Shown here: positions 1-7,614 of the stretch, piece after piece | Position numbering within the stretch: position 1 is the stretch's first letter | Layout: every line of letters starts with the position of its first letter | Assembly (NCBI GenBank): GCA_021399395.1 | Contig: JAAFKJ010000200.1 | Span: forward strand, 1-17,016 | DNA: 17,016 nucleotides | Direction: 5' to 3' | Origin: Candidatus Heimdallarchaeota archaeon | GTDB lineage: Archaea > Asgardarchaeota > Heimdallarchaeia > Heimdallarchaeales > Heimdallarchaeaceae | The notes under the pieces: generated by a model | Told to the model about the DNA's origin: nothing | Seen by the model: only the letters and a program-made list of their open reading frames with translations | The model's database searches: none | Translations under genes and position numbers: made by a program

Positions 1-83
1 GTGCGGAGAGGGAGATTCGAACTCCCGGACCACTAAGGACTAGATCCTCATTCTAGCGCCTTTGACCACTCGGCAATCTCCGC
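1..83 (-). tRNA. tRNA-Leu(GAG); 3' CCA probably cut by the window edge
   Basis: The reverse complement folds as a cloverleaf: acceptor GCGGAGA/TCTCCGC, D-arm GCCGAGTGGTCAAAGGC, anticodon arm CTAGA-ATGAGGA-TCTAG (GAG), long variable arm, T-arm GGGAG-TTCGAAT-CTCCC, discriminator A, then C at position 1. Confidence 0.95.
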
Positions 84-110
84 TTGAGTATGTATTAGAC
101 CGAAACTACA

Positions 111-127
111 GATTTTTAACTTTATCG
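111..127 (-). promoter_or_regulatory. Putative BRE/TATA promoter of tRNA-Leu
   Basis: Minus strand reads CGATAAAG-TTAAAAATC about 30 nt upstream of the tRNA 5' end, the usual archaeal promoter spacing. Confidence 0.5.
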
Positions 128-276
128 ACAGTTGATTTTTGTTACTTTGGAAATAGTTCAACCGCAAAAGATTCCAAACAAAGAAAATCTTACCACGTAG
201 ATATATTTTCTTGTGGTAAGATTAAAAATTATTTATCTCAAATCCCTGAAAGTTAATCTGATTAAAGATGAGTGAT

Positions 277-1860
277 TTAAGGCATTGTTTTAATTATATC
301 AGTACCTTGCATCATTAGATAATTCGCTAACTTCTTTTCTAATCCACTAAATCCATACTGTTTACATTTTTTGATAGCCATGTACTGGAGAGCAGGTCCC
401 AATGGATCACCGTTCTTGAAAGCACCTACTTGAATAAAAGCTTCCATTAAGATACGCAATTCAAGAACTTCAATACGATGAAGTTGGTTTTCATACTTCT
501 TCAAGAGCGGATAAATTTCCGTAAAACGATTTATTCTATAATATTCCTGTGTTGCCAGTAAGTCTGCAAAAGCCTTCTCTACAAATGTCATTCGTTCTTC
601 TACTGGCCTCCTCTTCAATATGGAAATTGAATTTACAATTTGCTTTTCCTCTGTCTGAGTTGCTTTTTCAATAAGGAAATTGAGGATGTGTTCAACTCGC
701 TTAGTACTTGGATTGTTCAAATTTCTTATTTCTACCAGTTGTTCACTAGTAAGATCAGCGTTCAGAAGGAATTCACTAAAGAATATGGCATTGCCATAAT
801 ATCTGTGAATGTTGGCTAGAATAGTTTGTACTAATTTTTGTAAACTTCTTGATTGAAAGTTTTGTAATCTTGATTGAATGTAGAATTTTGTTAGATTAAA
901 GATGTGGTTCATCTGTTCTTTGCTAAAATTATCTAGATTTTTTGTTGCAATTCCTTCTTCTATCAATTCATCTACTTCCTTCATTTGTCTCTGTGCTAAT
1001 TCTAGCTTACCTTGAAGCGCATAAGTAGCAGTTAAATATGAAAGACCAGTTAAGTAATAACTAGAATAGATACTTGTTTTATAGATTGGTTTTAAAATCC
1101 TTTTTGCTTCTAACAGATGCTCTTCTGCTTTTCCGAGATTGAAGGATAATTCCTGGCTAAATCCAATGAAAAAGTGAATATTTGATCTTATTTCGCTTGG
1201 TATTTGATTCAGAAAATCACTTCTTCCAAGAATTTTTCTGGTTAATTTCATCGACTTTTCCTTATTTTGAGTTTGTAGATAGATTATTGCTAAAATCCCT
1301 AGTCCCATAACAAGACCATGGTAAAAACCTCTATAATAGAAATAGTTACAACACTCTTCTAATCTATCTTCAACTCCAGCATCACGATTTACCAGCCACT
1401 CATGAATCGCGAAAGAATAAGTACAAATATAATATGCATAATCTTTTGAATCCAGCTTACTTACATTATCTATTGCCTTTGCCAATGATTCTGTGCTTAT
1501 TTTCATGTTTCCCTGAGATTTCTCGATACCCCACTTAGTTGTATAAGCTAGTGCCAATCCCTCTACATAATCAATTTTAGTAGCTAATTCAATCATTTCG
1601 TCTAGATTTATTGAGAGTTCTTCTATATTAGCATCAAGATGAAAATTTTGTTTAATTTTCAATTCTAACAAATTAATGATAGCAATATTATTATTCAAGT
1701 TTCGACTTTTTGCTAACGCTCTATCTATTAATTTTGAGATATCAGCATTCTTCTTATTTGAAGCAATAATTCTAAGTTTGTCAGTTATAGCTTTAAGATT
1801 TTCTTCTGATTTCACTTGTTTAATAAGAATTTCTATATCTTGAAACATTAATCTACCCAC
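277..1860 (-). CDS. TPR-like alpha-solenoid protein (527 aa); start may be the ATG at 1848
   Basis: Long ORF with repeated TPR-like helix pairs: LALAYTTKWGIEKSQGNMKISTESLAKAI, GLGILAIIYLQTQNKEKSMKL, IHFFIGFSQELSFNLGKAEEHLLEA, GLSYLTATYALQGKLELAQRQMKEV. No enzyme motif, signal peptide or clear HTH was recognised. Confidence 0.75.
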   Translation of the reverse strand: MGRLMFQDIEILIKQVKSEENLKAITDKLRIIASNKKNADISKLIDRALAKSRNLNNNIAIINLLELKIKQNFHLDANIEELSINLDEMIELATKIDYVEGLALAYTTKWGIEKSQGNMKISTESLAKAIDNVSKLDSKDYAYYICTYSFAIHEWLVNRDAGVEDRLEECCNYFYYRGFYHGLVMGLGILAIIYLQTQNKEKSMKLTRKILGRSDFLNQIPSEIRSNIHFFIGFSQELSFNLGKAEEHLLEAKRILKPIYKTSIYSSYYLTGLSYLTATYALQGKLELAQRQMKEVDELIEEGIATKNLDNFSKEQMNHIFNLTKFYIQSRLQNFQSRSLQKLVQTILANIHRYYGNAIFFSEFLLNADLTSEQLVEIRNLNNPSTKRVEHILNFLIEKATQTEEKQIVNSISILKRRPVEERMTFVEKAFADLLATQEYYRINRFTEIYPLLKKYENQLHRIEVLELRILMEAFIQVGAFKNGDPLGPALQYMAIKKCKQYGFSGLEKKLANYLMMQGTDIIKTMP

Positions 1861-1884
1861 TCAGATGAATAATACTTACTTTCA

Positions 1885-1892
1885 TTTATATA
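1885..1892 (-). promoter_or_regulatory. Putative TATA box of the TPR gene
   Basis: TATATAAA on the minus strand, about 25 nt upstream of GTG 1860 and 37 nt upstream of ATG 1848. Confidence 0.5.
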
Positions 1893-1938
1893 CTCGTGAA
1901 ATATTCATTTGCTAAAAAATAAAAATTTTGGAGATTTT

Positions 1939-2010
1939 TTAATTTGGGAACCATGCTGGGGGTAAGATTCCATCGTCTCCTTCATCAGGGTCGTATCTTT
2001 CGTTGTACAT
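1939..2010 (-). CDS. Small acidic peptide, copy 1 (23 aa): MYNERYDPDEGDDGILPPAWFPN
   Basis: Hand-translated from ATG 2010 to TAA 1939. 17/23 residues are identical to copy 2, with only synonymous differences in the core. RBS-like AAGAGTGAAT and a TATA-like box lie upstream. An alternative in-frame ATG is at 2016. Confidence 0.85.
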   Translation of the reverse strand: MYNERYDPDEGDDGILPPAWFPN

Positions 2011-2056
2011 TATCATTCACTCTTAGGAAAGGGTTACCATAATAGTAGAACAAAAC

Positions 2057-2064
2057 TATTAAAA
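2057..2064 (-). promoter_or_regulatory. Putative TATA box of peptide copy 1
   Basis: TTTTAATA on the minus strand, 47-54 nt upstream of the ATG; conserved at the same offset in copy 2. Confidence 0.6.
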
Positions 2065-2085
2065 CACATCAAGGAAGAAGATGAC

Positions 2086-2116
2086 AAGAAAAAAGAGAAA
2101 AAAAGAAAAGCAAAAG
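2086..2116 (-). terminator. Putative oligo-T terminator after peptide copy 2
   Basis: Minus strand is a pyrimidine/T tract (CTTTTGCTTTTCTTTTTTTCTCTTTTTTCTT) starting about 9 nt after the TGA stop, matching archaeal intrinsic terminators. Confidence 0.55.
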
Positions 2117-2124
2117 CAATTGGT

Positions 2125-2196
2125 TCAGTATGGTGACCAAGCTGGGGGTAGTATTCCGTCGTCGCCTTCATCAGGGTCGTATGTTTTGTCATTCAT
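2125..2196 (-). CDS. Small acidic peptide, copy 2 (23 aa): MNDKTYDPDEGDDGILPPAWSPY
   Basis: Hand-translated from ATG 2196 to TGA 2125. Same length as copy 1, with start and stop at equivalent positions although the stop codon differs. Confidence 0.85.
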   Translation of the reverse strand: MNDKTYDPDEGDDGILPPAWSPY

Positions 2197-2242
2197 AGTT
2201 ATTCACTCTTGGATAAGGATTAAATTAACAGCTAAATTTGAT

Positions 2243-2250
2243 TATTAAAA
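2243..2250 (-). promoter_or_regulatory. Putative TATA box of peptide copy 2
   Basis: TTTTAATA on the minus strand, 47-54 nt upstream of ATG 2196. Confidence 0.6.
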
Positions 2251-2259
2251 CGCACAAAG

Positions 2260-2467
2260 AAAAAACTGACAGTTGAAATGTAAGCATCTTTCTTTCACAT
2301 TCAACACTTACAGATACTTTTAGTTTCAGTGTTGTTATTCAAACTGCATTTTAGACCCAGCAAAAACCGTTACAATACCACTAGCCCTTTTTGAAGGAAA
2401 ATCACTTTCAGACAAGTCTCTCTATTAAGTATAAATAGTAAATTCCCTTGAGTAAGTTAGAGAGGAT
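2260..2467. other. Candidate replication origin / Cdc6-binding region with mini-ORB-like motifs
   Basis: Non-coding stretch directly upstream of cdc6. Contains TGACAGTTGAAAT (2267-2279) and weaker inverted copies at 2323-2332 and 2337-2348. rfcS and rpa are nearby. Confidence 0.35.
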
Positions 2468-3691
2468 ATGATGCATACTTCAGATGAAGAGTATTTCAAC
2501 TCATTACTTAAGAAACCAACTGTGTTTAAAGACATTGGTTGTCTTTCTGTAACATATATTCCACCTTATCTTCCACATAGGGAGGAAGAACTCAGAACAC
2601 TGGCTAAATGTTTCAAAACGGTTTTTGATGGCCAAGATGGGCCATTAAAGAAAGTTTGTATAACTGGTCCTACAGGTTCGGGTAAAACAACTTTAGCAAA
2701 ACGATTTGGGCAATTATTAGAAAATATAGACAAGACTAATAATTTCATGTTAGTGTATATTAACTGCCGTATTTACAAAAGCCCATATTTGATTATTAGC
2801 ACTTTGGCTCGTAAATTGAATAAGGCTATACCTGCACGAGGATATTCGTTTGAGGAATTACAATCACTCCTAATTCGCTTACTTGATTTCTATTCTCCTA
2901 ATGTATTATTAATCTTAGATGAGGTAGATTATCTAATATCTAGAGTCGGAACTGATTTCCTTTACACTCTACTTAGGATCAGCGAAATGACAACAAAACA
3001 GTGGATTTCCTACATTTTTGTTGCTAGAAATCTCAATTTCGTATATCAAATGGATGCGAGTACTCAAAGTAGTTTTCAATCAAGCCATATATCATTAGAC
3101 AGATATTCAGAACCTGATTTGAAAGATATCATAAAATCACGTTCGGAACTTGCATTTTTTGATGATACTATAACAGAAGATGCAAACGAGCTAATTGCAG
3201 ATATTGCAAGCAGATCTGGTGATGCTAGATATGCTATAGAACTCCTGTGGGGTGCAGGACAATGTGCGGATGACGAGAATTCACCAATTGTGTATCCCGA
3301 TCATGTAAGAAAAGCGAAAGCATTAATTCACCCTGAAATTAGAAGAGAAATTATTCTAACACTAACACTTCATCAGAAATTAATCCTTCTTGCAATCATT
3401 AGAAAACTAAAGCACACCAAGAATGCGTATATTTCGACTAATGATTCTATAAGTTCCTACAAATTAGTCTGCGAGGAATACAAAGAGGAGCCAAGAAAAC
3501 ACACCCAGGTTTGGTCTTATTTGAAAGAACTTTCCAAACAGGATGTTATTACTACAAAGATTTCAGGTGAGGGTATGAGAGGGAAAACAACATTAATTAG
3601 CATTCCAGACATTTCAGTCGAAACCATTGAAATGTTCCTAGTAAAAGCAATAGAGAATCAAAAGAAAACAGTTGAACACGTAGAGAAATAG
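2468..3691 (+). CDS. cdc6: Orc1/Cdc6 family replication initiation protein
   Basis: YIPPYLPHREEE N-terminal motif, Walker A GPTGSGKTT, VYINC, Walker B LILDEVD, sensor II GDARYAIELL, C-terminal winged helix ending in GMRGKTTLISI. Confidence 0.97.
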   Translation: MMHTSDEEYFNSLLKKPTVFKDIGCLSVTYIPPYLPHREEELRTLAKCFKTVFDGQDGPLKKVCITGPTGSGKTTLAKRFGQLLENIDKTNNFMLVYINCRIYKSPYLIISTLARKLNKAIPARGYSFEELQSLLIRLLDFYSPNVLLILDEVDYLISRVGTDFLYTLLRISEMTTKQWISYIFVARNLNFVYQMDASTQSSFQSSHISLDRYSEPDLKDIIKSRSELAFFDDTITEDANELIADIASRSGDARYAIELLWGAGQCADDENSPIVYPDHVRKAKALIHPEIRREIILTLTLHQKLILLAIIRKLKHTKNAYISTNDSISSYKLVCEEYKEEPRKHTQVWSYLKELSKQDVITTKISGEGMRGKTTLISIPDISVETIEMFLVKAIENQKKTVEHVEK

Positions 3692-3705
3692 AGGGTTGGA
3701 AAAAA

Positions 3706-4005
3706 ATGGTAAACAAAATTGAAACAGAGAGTCTGCCCAGAGTAGCACTAGAAGATGTTTTTTCTTCTAAAGGCAGAGTAAGGATATTGAAGTTATTAGC
3801 AGAGATTGGAGAACTTAACGTATCTGCAATTTCAAGAACTATTAACCTCAACCATTCTGCAGTTAAGGAACATCTAAAATTCCTTACTAAGGTAGGCCTA
3901 CTTAAAGAAAAGAGATTTGGTCGAATATTGATCTATCAATTTAGGGATAGTAATATTCTGGCTCATTCTTTGAAACAACTTTTCAAAATATGGGATGAAA
4001 ACTGA
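3706..4005 (+). CDS. ArsR-like winged-helix DNA-binding protein
   Basis: VFSSKGRVRILKLL...ELNVSAISRTINLNHSAVKEHLKFLTKVGLLKEKRFGRILIY is a typical wHTH. It starts 14 nt after cdc6, so it is likely co-transcribed. Confidence 0.9.
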   Translation: MVNKIETESLPRVALEDVFSSKGRVRILKLLAEIGELNVSAISRTINLNHSAVKEHLKFLTKVGLLKEKRFGRILIYQFRDSNILAHSLKQLFKIWDEN

Positions 4006-4013
4006 AAGAAATT

Positions 4014-4091
4014 TGGTGCCTCGACCGGGATTTGAACCCGGGTCTGCGGAGTGAGAGTCCGCAATGATTGGCCGAGCTACACCATCGAGGC
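4014..4091 (-). tRNA. tRNA-Glu(CTC) with encoded CCA
   Basis: Reverse complement: GCCTCGA-TG-GTGTAGCTCGGCCAATCAT-T-GCGGA-CTCTCAC-TCCGC-AGAC-CCGGG-TTCAAAT-CCCGG-TCGAGGC-ACCA; no intron. Confidence 0.97.
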
Positions 4092-4180
4092 GATAATCTA
4101 ATGAGAATCAATTACTTTTTTAATCTTTCTTTATCATTGCAGTAGATTTTTAATTTCTTATCAGAAAATCTATACTGTAC

Positions 4181-5029
4181 ATGAGACGATATGCCATACG
4201 AACATTCTATGATGGTAGGAATTACCAAGGATATCAAAGACAACTTAATTTGCCAACAGTTGAAGAGACCTTAATTGACGCTTTGATAGAAATCGGATAT
4301 ATCGTATCTCCAGATGAGAATGAGTTTCGAAGTGCTAGTAGAACTGATAGATATGTCAATGCCATTGGTAATGTCTTTGCTTTTAATTCAGAAGAGAATG
4401 TAATCCTAGAACAACTAAATGCTTCACTTCCTAGTGATGGTTCGATAATCTGCTGGAGCTATGCTGAGGTAAGTGATGACTTCACTCCAAAGTATAGCAA
4501 ATCAAAAAAATATTGGTATGTTTTACCATTGAATTACTTGAAAACAACTACAAACATGGATTTAGATGAAATTTCCTTGATATGTTCATATTTCAAAGGA
4601 GAACATGATTATAGACTGTTTTGCAAGATGGATGACAGAAGTTCAATAAGAAAAATCGATGAATTCAATCTCATTGTCAAAGAGGATTTAATCATCTTTG
4701 AAATTGAAGCCAGTTCTTTCCTCTGGGAACAGGTTAGAAGAATGGTTGGATATCTTTTGAAATATGAGAAACTATCAGAAAAACTTCAAGATACGGAGAA
4801 TTTACTTCAGGCAGATACACAGATCACGGATCTAAACCTTGAACCAGCTGATCCAAGACAACTCATATTGGTTGAACACTTCTATGACAACATAGATTGG
4901 CAATCAAATAAAAAGGCAATTGAAAACATCAACAAAAGAAGTAACAGGCTTCTCATGCGTTTAAAACAAGATGAAATTGTTGTTTCCTCCATTCACGAGT
5001 TTTTTAAATCGAGGGAAATAGTAGAATGA
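4181..5029 (+). CDS. truA: tRNA pseudouridine(38-40) synthase TruA
   Basis: YDGRNYQGYQRQ..PTVE, catalytic SRTD, F.GEHDYRLF and SSFLWEQVRRMVG motifs. Confidence 0.92.
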   Translation: MRRYAIRTFYDGRNYQGYQRQLNLPTVEETLIDALIEIGYIVSPDENEFRSASRTDRYVNAIGNVFAFNSEENVILEQLNASLPSDGSIICWSYAEVSDDFTPKYSKSKKYWYVLPLNYLKTTTNMDLDEISLICSYFKGEHDYRLFCKMDDRSSIRKIDEFNLIVKEDLIIFEIEASSFLWEQVRRMVGYLLKYEKLSEKLQDTENLLQADTQITDLNLEPADPRQLILVEHFYDNIDWQSNKKAIENINKRSNRLLMRLKQDEIVVSSIHEFFKSREIVE

Positions 5030-5066
5030 GATTTTAGAATATAAAAAATTAATGGGAAAAAAGAGA

Positions 5067-6038
5067 TTATTCTTTTGTTCCTTCTTTTACAAGTTTTGCT
5101 AAAAATGCACTTAACTGAATATTACTTGAAGCTCCCTCAGATATTCTAAAGTCAACTTCAGCGAGATATTCATTTATTTCCAATTTCTTTAAATCTGGAA
5201 TATCAAGTGTGGGTATCTCTCTAAATATCTGATAAGTTACATCTGTTCCTGAAAGACCAAATTCTAGTATGAGTTTTTGTAAAACATCTCTTGATTTGTA
5301 AAAATCACCCTCGAGAGAATATTTGAGCATCTCTCTTATTCTTTCAGGATCAGCATGGCCTACAGTTTGAAGAACAGTTACTTTTTCTATAGACTTTCCT
5401 GAAGCAACAGTTGATTGAATGATATTAATTGCCTTCCTCAAATCACCCTCAGAGATGTATAGAACTGTGTCAAGACCTTCTTTATCATAAACCAATTTTT
5501 CATTCTTGCATATATGAATGAGAAAATCTTTCATACTTTTCTCATCTAGTGGTCTGAATCTAAAAATAGCACATCTTGATTGTATTGGTTCTATTATCTT
5601 ACTGGAATAATTACAAATCAAGGCAAATCTACTAGTTTTAACATATCTTTCCATTGTTCTTCTCAGAGCATGTTGAGCAGCAGATGTCAAATTGTCAGCT
5701 TCATCCAAACAAATTATTTTGAAAGGCACTCCTCCAAATGAAGCAGTTCTAGCAAATTCTTTTACTTTAGTCCTAATTGCATCAATACCACGATCATCAG
5801 ATGCGTTTAGTTCTAATAGATTTCTTGAAACATTACTTGGACCAAATAAATCGTTAGCTAATGCTAATAATGCGGTAGTTTTCCCAGTACCAGGGGGGCC
5901 TGCAAGAAGAAGATGGGGTAGATTCCCTCTTTCAACGAAACCCTTAAGCCTAGATATAATATCATCGTGCCCTCTAAGATCATCTAGCGTCTTAGGTCTA
6001 TATTTCTCTGTCCACATTACATCGTAATTGGTTTCCAT
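5067..6038 (-). CDS. rfcS: Replication factor C small subunit
   Basis: WTEKYRPKTLDD, PHLLLAGPPGTGKTT, LELNASDDRGID, DEAD and IIEPIQSRC RFC boxes; no intein. Confidence 0.98.
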   Translation of the reverse strand: METNYDVMWTEKYRPKTLDDLRGHDDIISRLKGFVERGNLPHLLLAGPPGTGKTTALLALANDLFGPSNVSRNLLELNASDDRGIDAIRTKVKEFARTASFGGVPFKIICLDEADNLTSAAQHALRRTMERYVKTSRFALICNYSSKIIEPIQSRCAIFRFRPLDEKSMKDFLIHICKNEKLVYDKEGLDTVLYISEGDLRKAINIIQSTVASGKSIEKVTVLQTVGHADPERIREMLKYSLEGDFYKSRDVLQKLILEFGLSGTDVTYQIFREIPTLDIPDLKKLEINEYLAEVDFRISEGASSNIQLSAFLAKLVKEGTKE

Positions 6039-6186
6039 TTTCCCACAACATCAAGTATAAGTTTTCTCTATTTAAAGTTATTACCTCTAAACCTAACAAC
6101 GTATTATTGTGTGATAGAAAAAACATTCTGTGTAACTAAATCCAATAAAAAATGTGGTGTTGAAATAGTAAGTAGTCTATTAAATA

Positions 6187-7614
6187 ATGCAAGAGATGGT
6201 TATCGATATGACTAGTACTAGTTATGTACAGGAAGAGAAACATAAACAAAATGAAACCAAAGAGGGAAAAGAATATACTATTAGAGGTTTCAAAATTAAG
6301 ATAGAATACAAAGAGGGGACGCTATTTTATAGAGCTCTACCTGAAATCGATTTGAATCAAGAACCTTTGCTGTTCGCTGAGCTTTCCTCCCTGATAAAGA
6401 ACAATCAAAATAGACTTGGGAAAGAGATACTAAAGTTTGATGAATTAGTTGATACAGTCAAATCCATCTGCATGTGGAAAATTCTTGAAATAAGCAATTT
6501 AAACATTGACCCAGAAATCTTTGCTGAGTTGTTTATCTATCGATTAATCAAAATTGACAGAATTATTCCTTTCCTAATCGACGATAATATAAATGAGATA
6601 TATATGGATCAGAAGGGTTCGCCCATATACCTAGACCATCAAACCTTTGGTAGGTGCAATACTCCTATCGTTTTAGAGGAAGAAGAATTAAAGGCTCTAC
6701 TTACAAGAATCAAATTAGAACACCCCATTACTATTTCCTCAAAAAAACCATCATTAAAAGTTGAATTTCAAACACGATTATTCCATTCTCGTATTTCCAT
6801 GGATTTTCCACCTTTATCTCCGAACGGACCTACTTTCAACATAAGAAAACTTAAGAGAAAACCCCTAAGACTTGTGGATTTGATTAACTTAAGTACTCTA
6901 CCTACAGCTGTTGCATCTTATCTAATTGAGGCAATTCAAAGTAGGTTAAATCTAACAGTAATAGGAGAACCAAATGCTGGAAAAACAACACTAGCAAACG
7001 CATTGGATTTGTATACACCAAAACATTGGAGAAAAATCGCAATAGAAGATGCCATAGAATCAATAAATCAAGCTCCTATGGGTTATAAACAGCTCTCAAT
7101 TCAGGTGGATTCTTTTGAATCAAATAAATCAATTCATACTAAGACTACAGAGATATTGAAATTACTACACAGATCACCAGATTGGATTTATTTAGGAGAA
7201 ATTCAATCTAGAGAGCATACTCAAGCTATGTTTGAAGCATTGAATGCAGGTTTAAAAGGGATACAAACAGCACATGCTGATTCTGCTGAGAAAATACTAA
7301 GAAGATGGGAAAACCTCCATAAGATTTCAAGAACGGACTTCTTATCACTAAATATTCTAGTTGTGATGAAAAGAGAAATCACTCAAAGCACGTTTGTTAG
7401 AAAAATATTGGAAATTTATGAGGTCGACCCTAGTAGCAATACAACTGAAGGATATGGTTTTCTAAAGAAAATCTATGACTGCGAAATGAATGAAAAACAA
7501 ACATTTGATCTGATTAAGAAGAATTCAATTCTGAAAGATAAATTAGTAGAGATTATGAAAAGGAAGGAGATGCTAGATAACATCTGCAATGAATCTTGGA
7601 GACAAGGTGAATGA
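6187..7614 (+). CDS. Type II/IV secretion / type IV filament ATPase (TadA/CpaF/VirB11/ArlI-like)
   Basis: DDNINEI, GPTFNIRK, Walker A GEPNAGKTT, Asp box IED..E, Walker B RSPDWIYLGEI, His box GIQTAHADS. Confidence 0.92.
   Translation: MQEMVIDMTSTSYVQEEKHKQNETKEGKEYTIRGFKIKIEYKEGTLFYRALPEIDLNQEPLLFAELSSLIKNNQNRLGKEILKFDELVDTVKSICMWKILEISNLNIDPEIFAELFIYRLIKIDRIIPFLIDDNINEIYMDQKGSPIYLDHQTFGRCNTPIVLEEEELKALLTRIKLEHPITISSKKPSLKVEFQTRLFHSRISMDFPPLSPNGPTFNIRKLKRKPLRLVDLINLSTLPTAVASYLIEAIQSRLNLTVIGEPNAGKTTLANALDLYTPKHWRKIAIEDAIESINQAPMGYKQLSIQVDSFESNKSIHTKTTEILKLLHRSPDWIYLGEIQSREHTQAMFEALNAGLKGIQTAHADSAEKILRRWENLHKISRTDFLSLNILVVMKREITQSTFVRKILEIYEVDPSSNTTEGYGFLKKIYDCEMNEKQTFDLIKKNSILKDKLVEIMKRKEMLDNICNESWRQGE

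Larger units (their letters stand above)
1939..2250 (-). repeat. Two-copy diverged tandem duplication (186-bp period) of a promoter + RBS + peptide gene unit
   Basis: The CDSs (1939-2010 and 2125-2196), ATTCACTCTT (2015-2024 and 2201-2210) and TATTAAAA (2057-2064 and 2243-2250) are all offset by exactly 186 nt; the spacers between them have diverged. Confidence 0.9.

Noticed and set aside
62-256. 64-aa ORF on the plus strand
   Set aside because: TTG start inside the antisense of tRNA-Leu, spans its promoter, and has no recognisable motif.
1939-2196. Peptides as WW-domain fragments (LPPAW resembles LPPGW), EF-hand loops, or a known RiPP class
   Set aside because: Too short for a WW fold, the acidic spacing does not match DxDxDG, and no maturation enzyme is in the window. 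These remain weak possibilities only.
1939-2250. Repeat read as a CRISPR array or as full ORB elements (GCTGGGGGT G-string)
   Set aside because: Only two copies, 186 nt apart, with no cas genes. Substitutions follow synonymous codon positions on the minus strand and the G-run is the Pro-Pro codons. There is no good TCCA-x-TGGAAA inverted core next to it.
84-2250. TPR/peptide module as a tRNA-integrated mobile element
   Set aside because: It lies on the 5' side of tRNA-Leu; no integrase, transposase or duplicated tRNA 3' end (att site) was seen.
2566-3851. Antisense ORFs 2566-2748 and 3597-3851
   Set aside because: Shadow frames opposite cdc6 and the wHTH gene.
5692-6027. 111-aa plus-strand ORF
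   Set aside because: Antisense shadow of the conserved rfcS gene.
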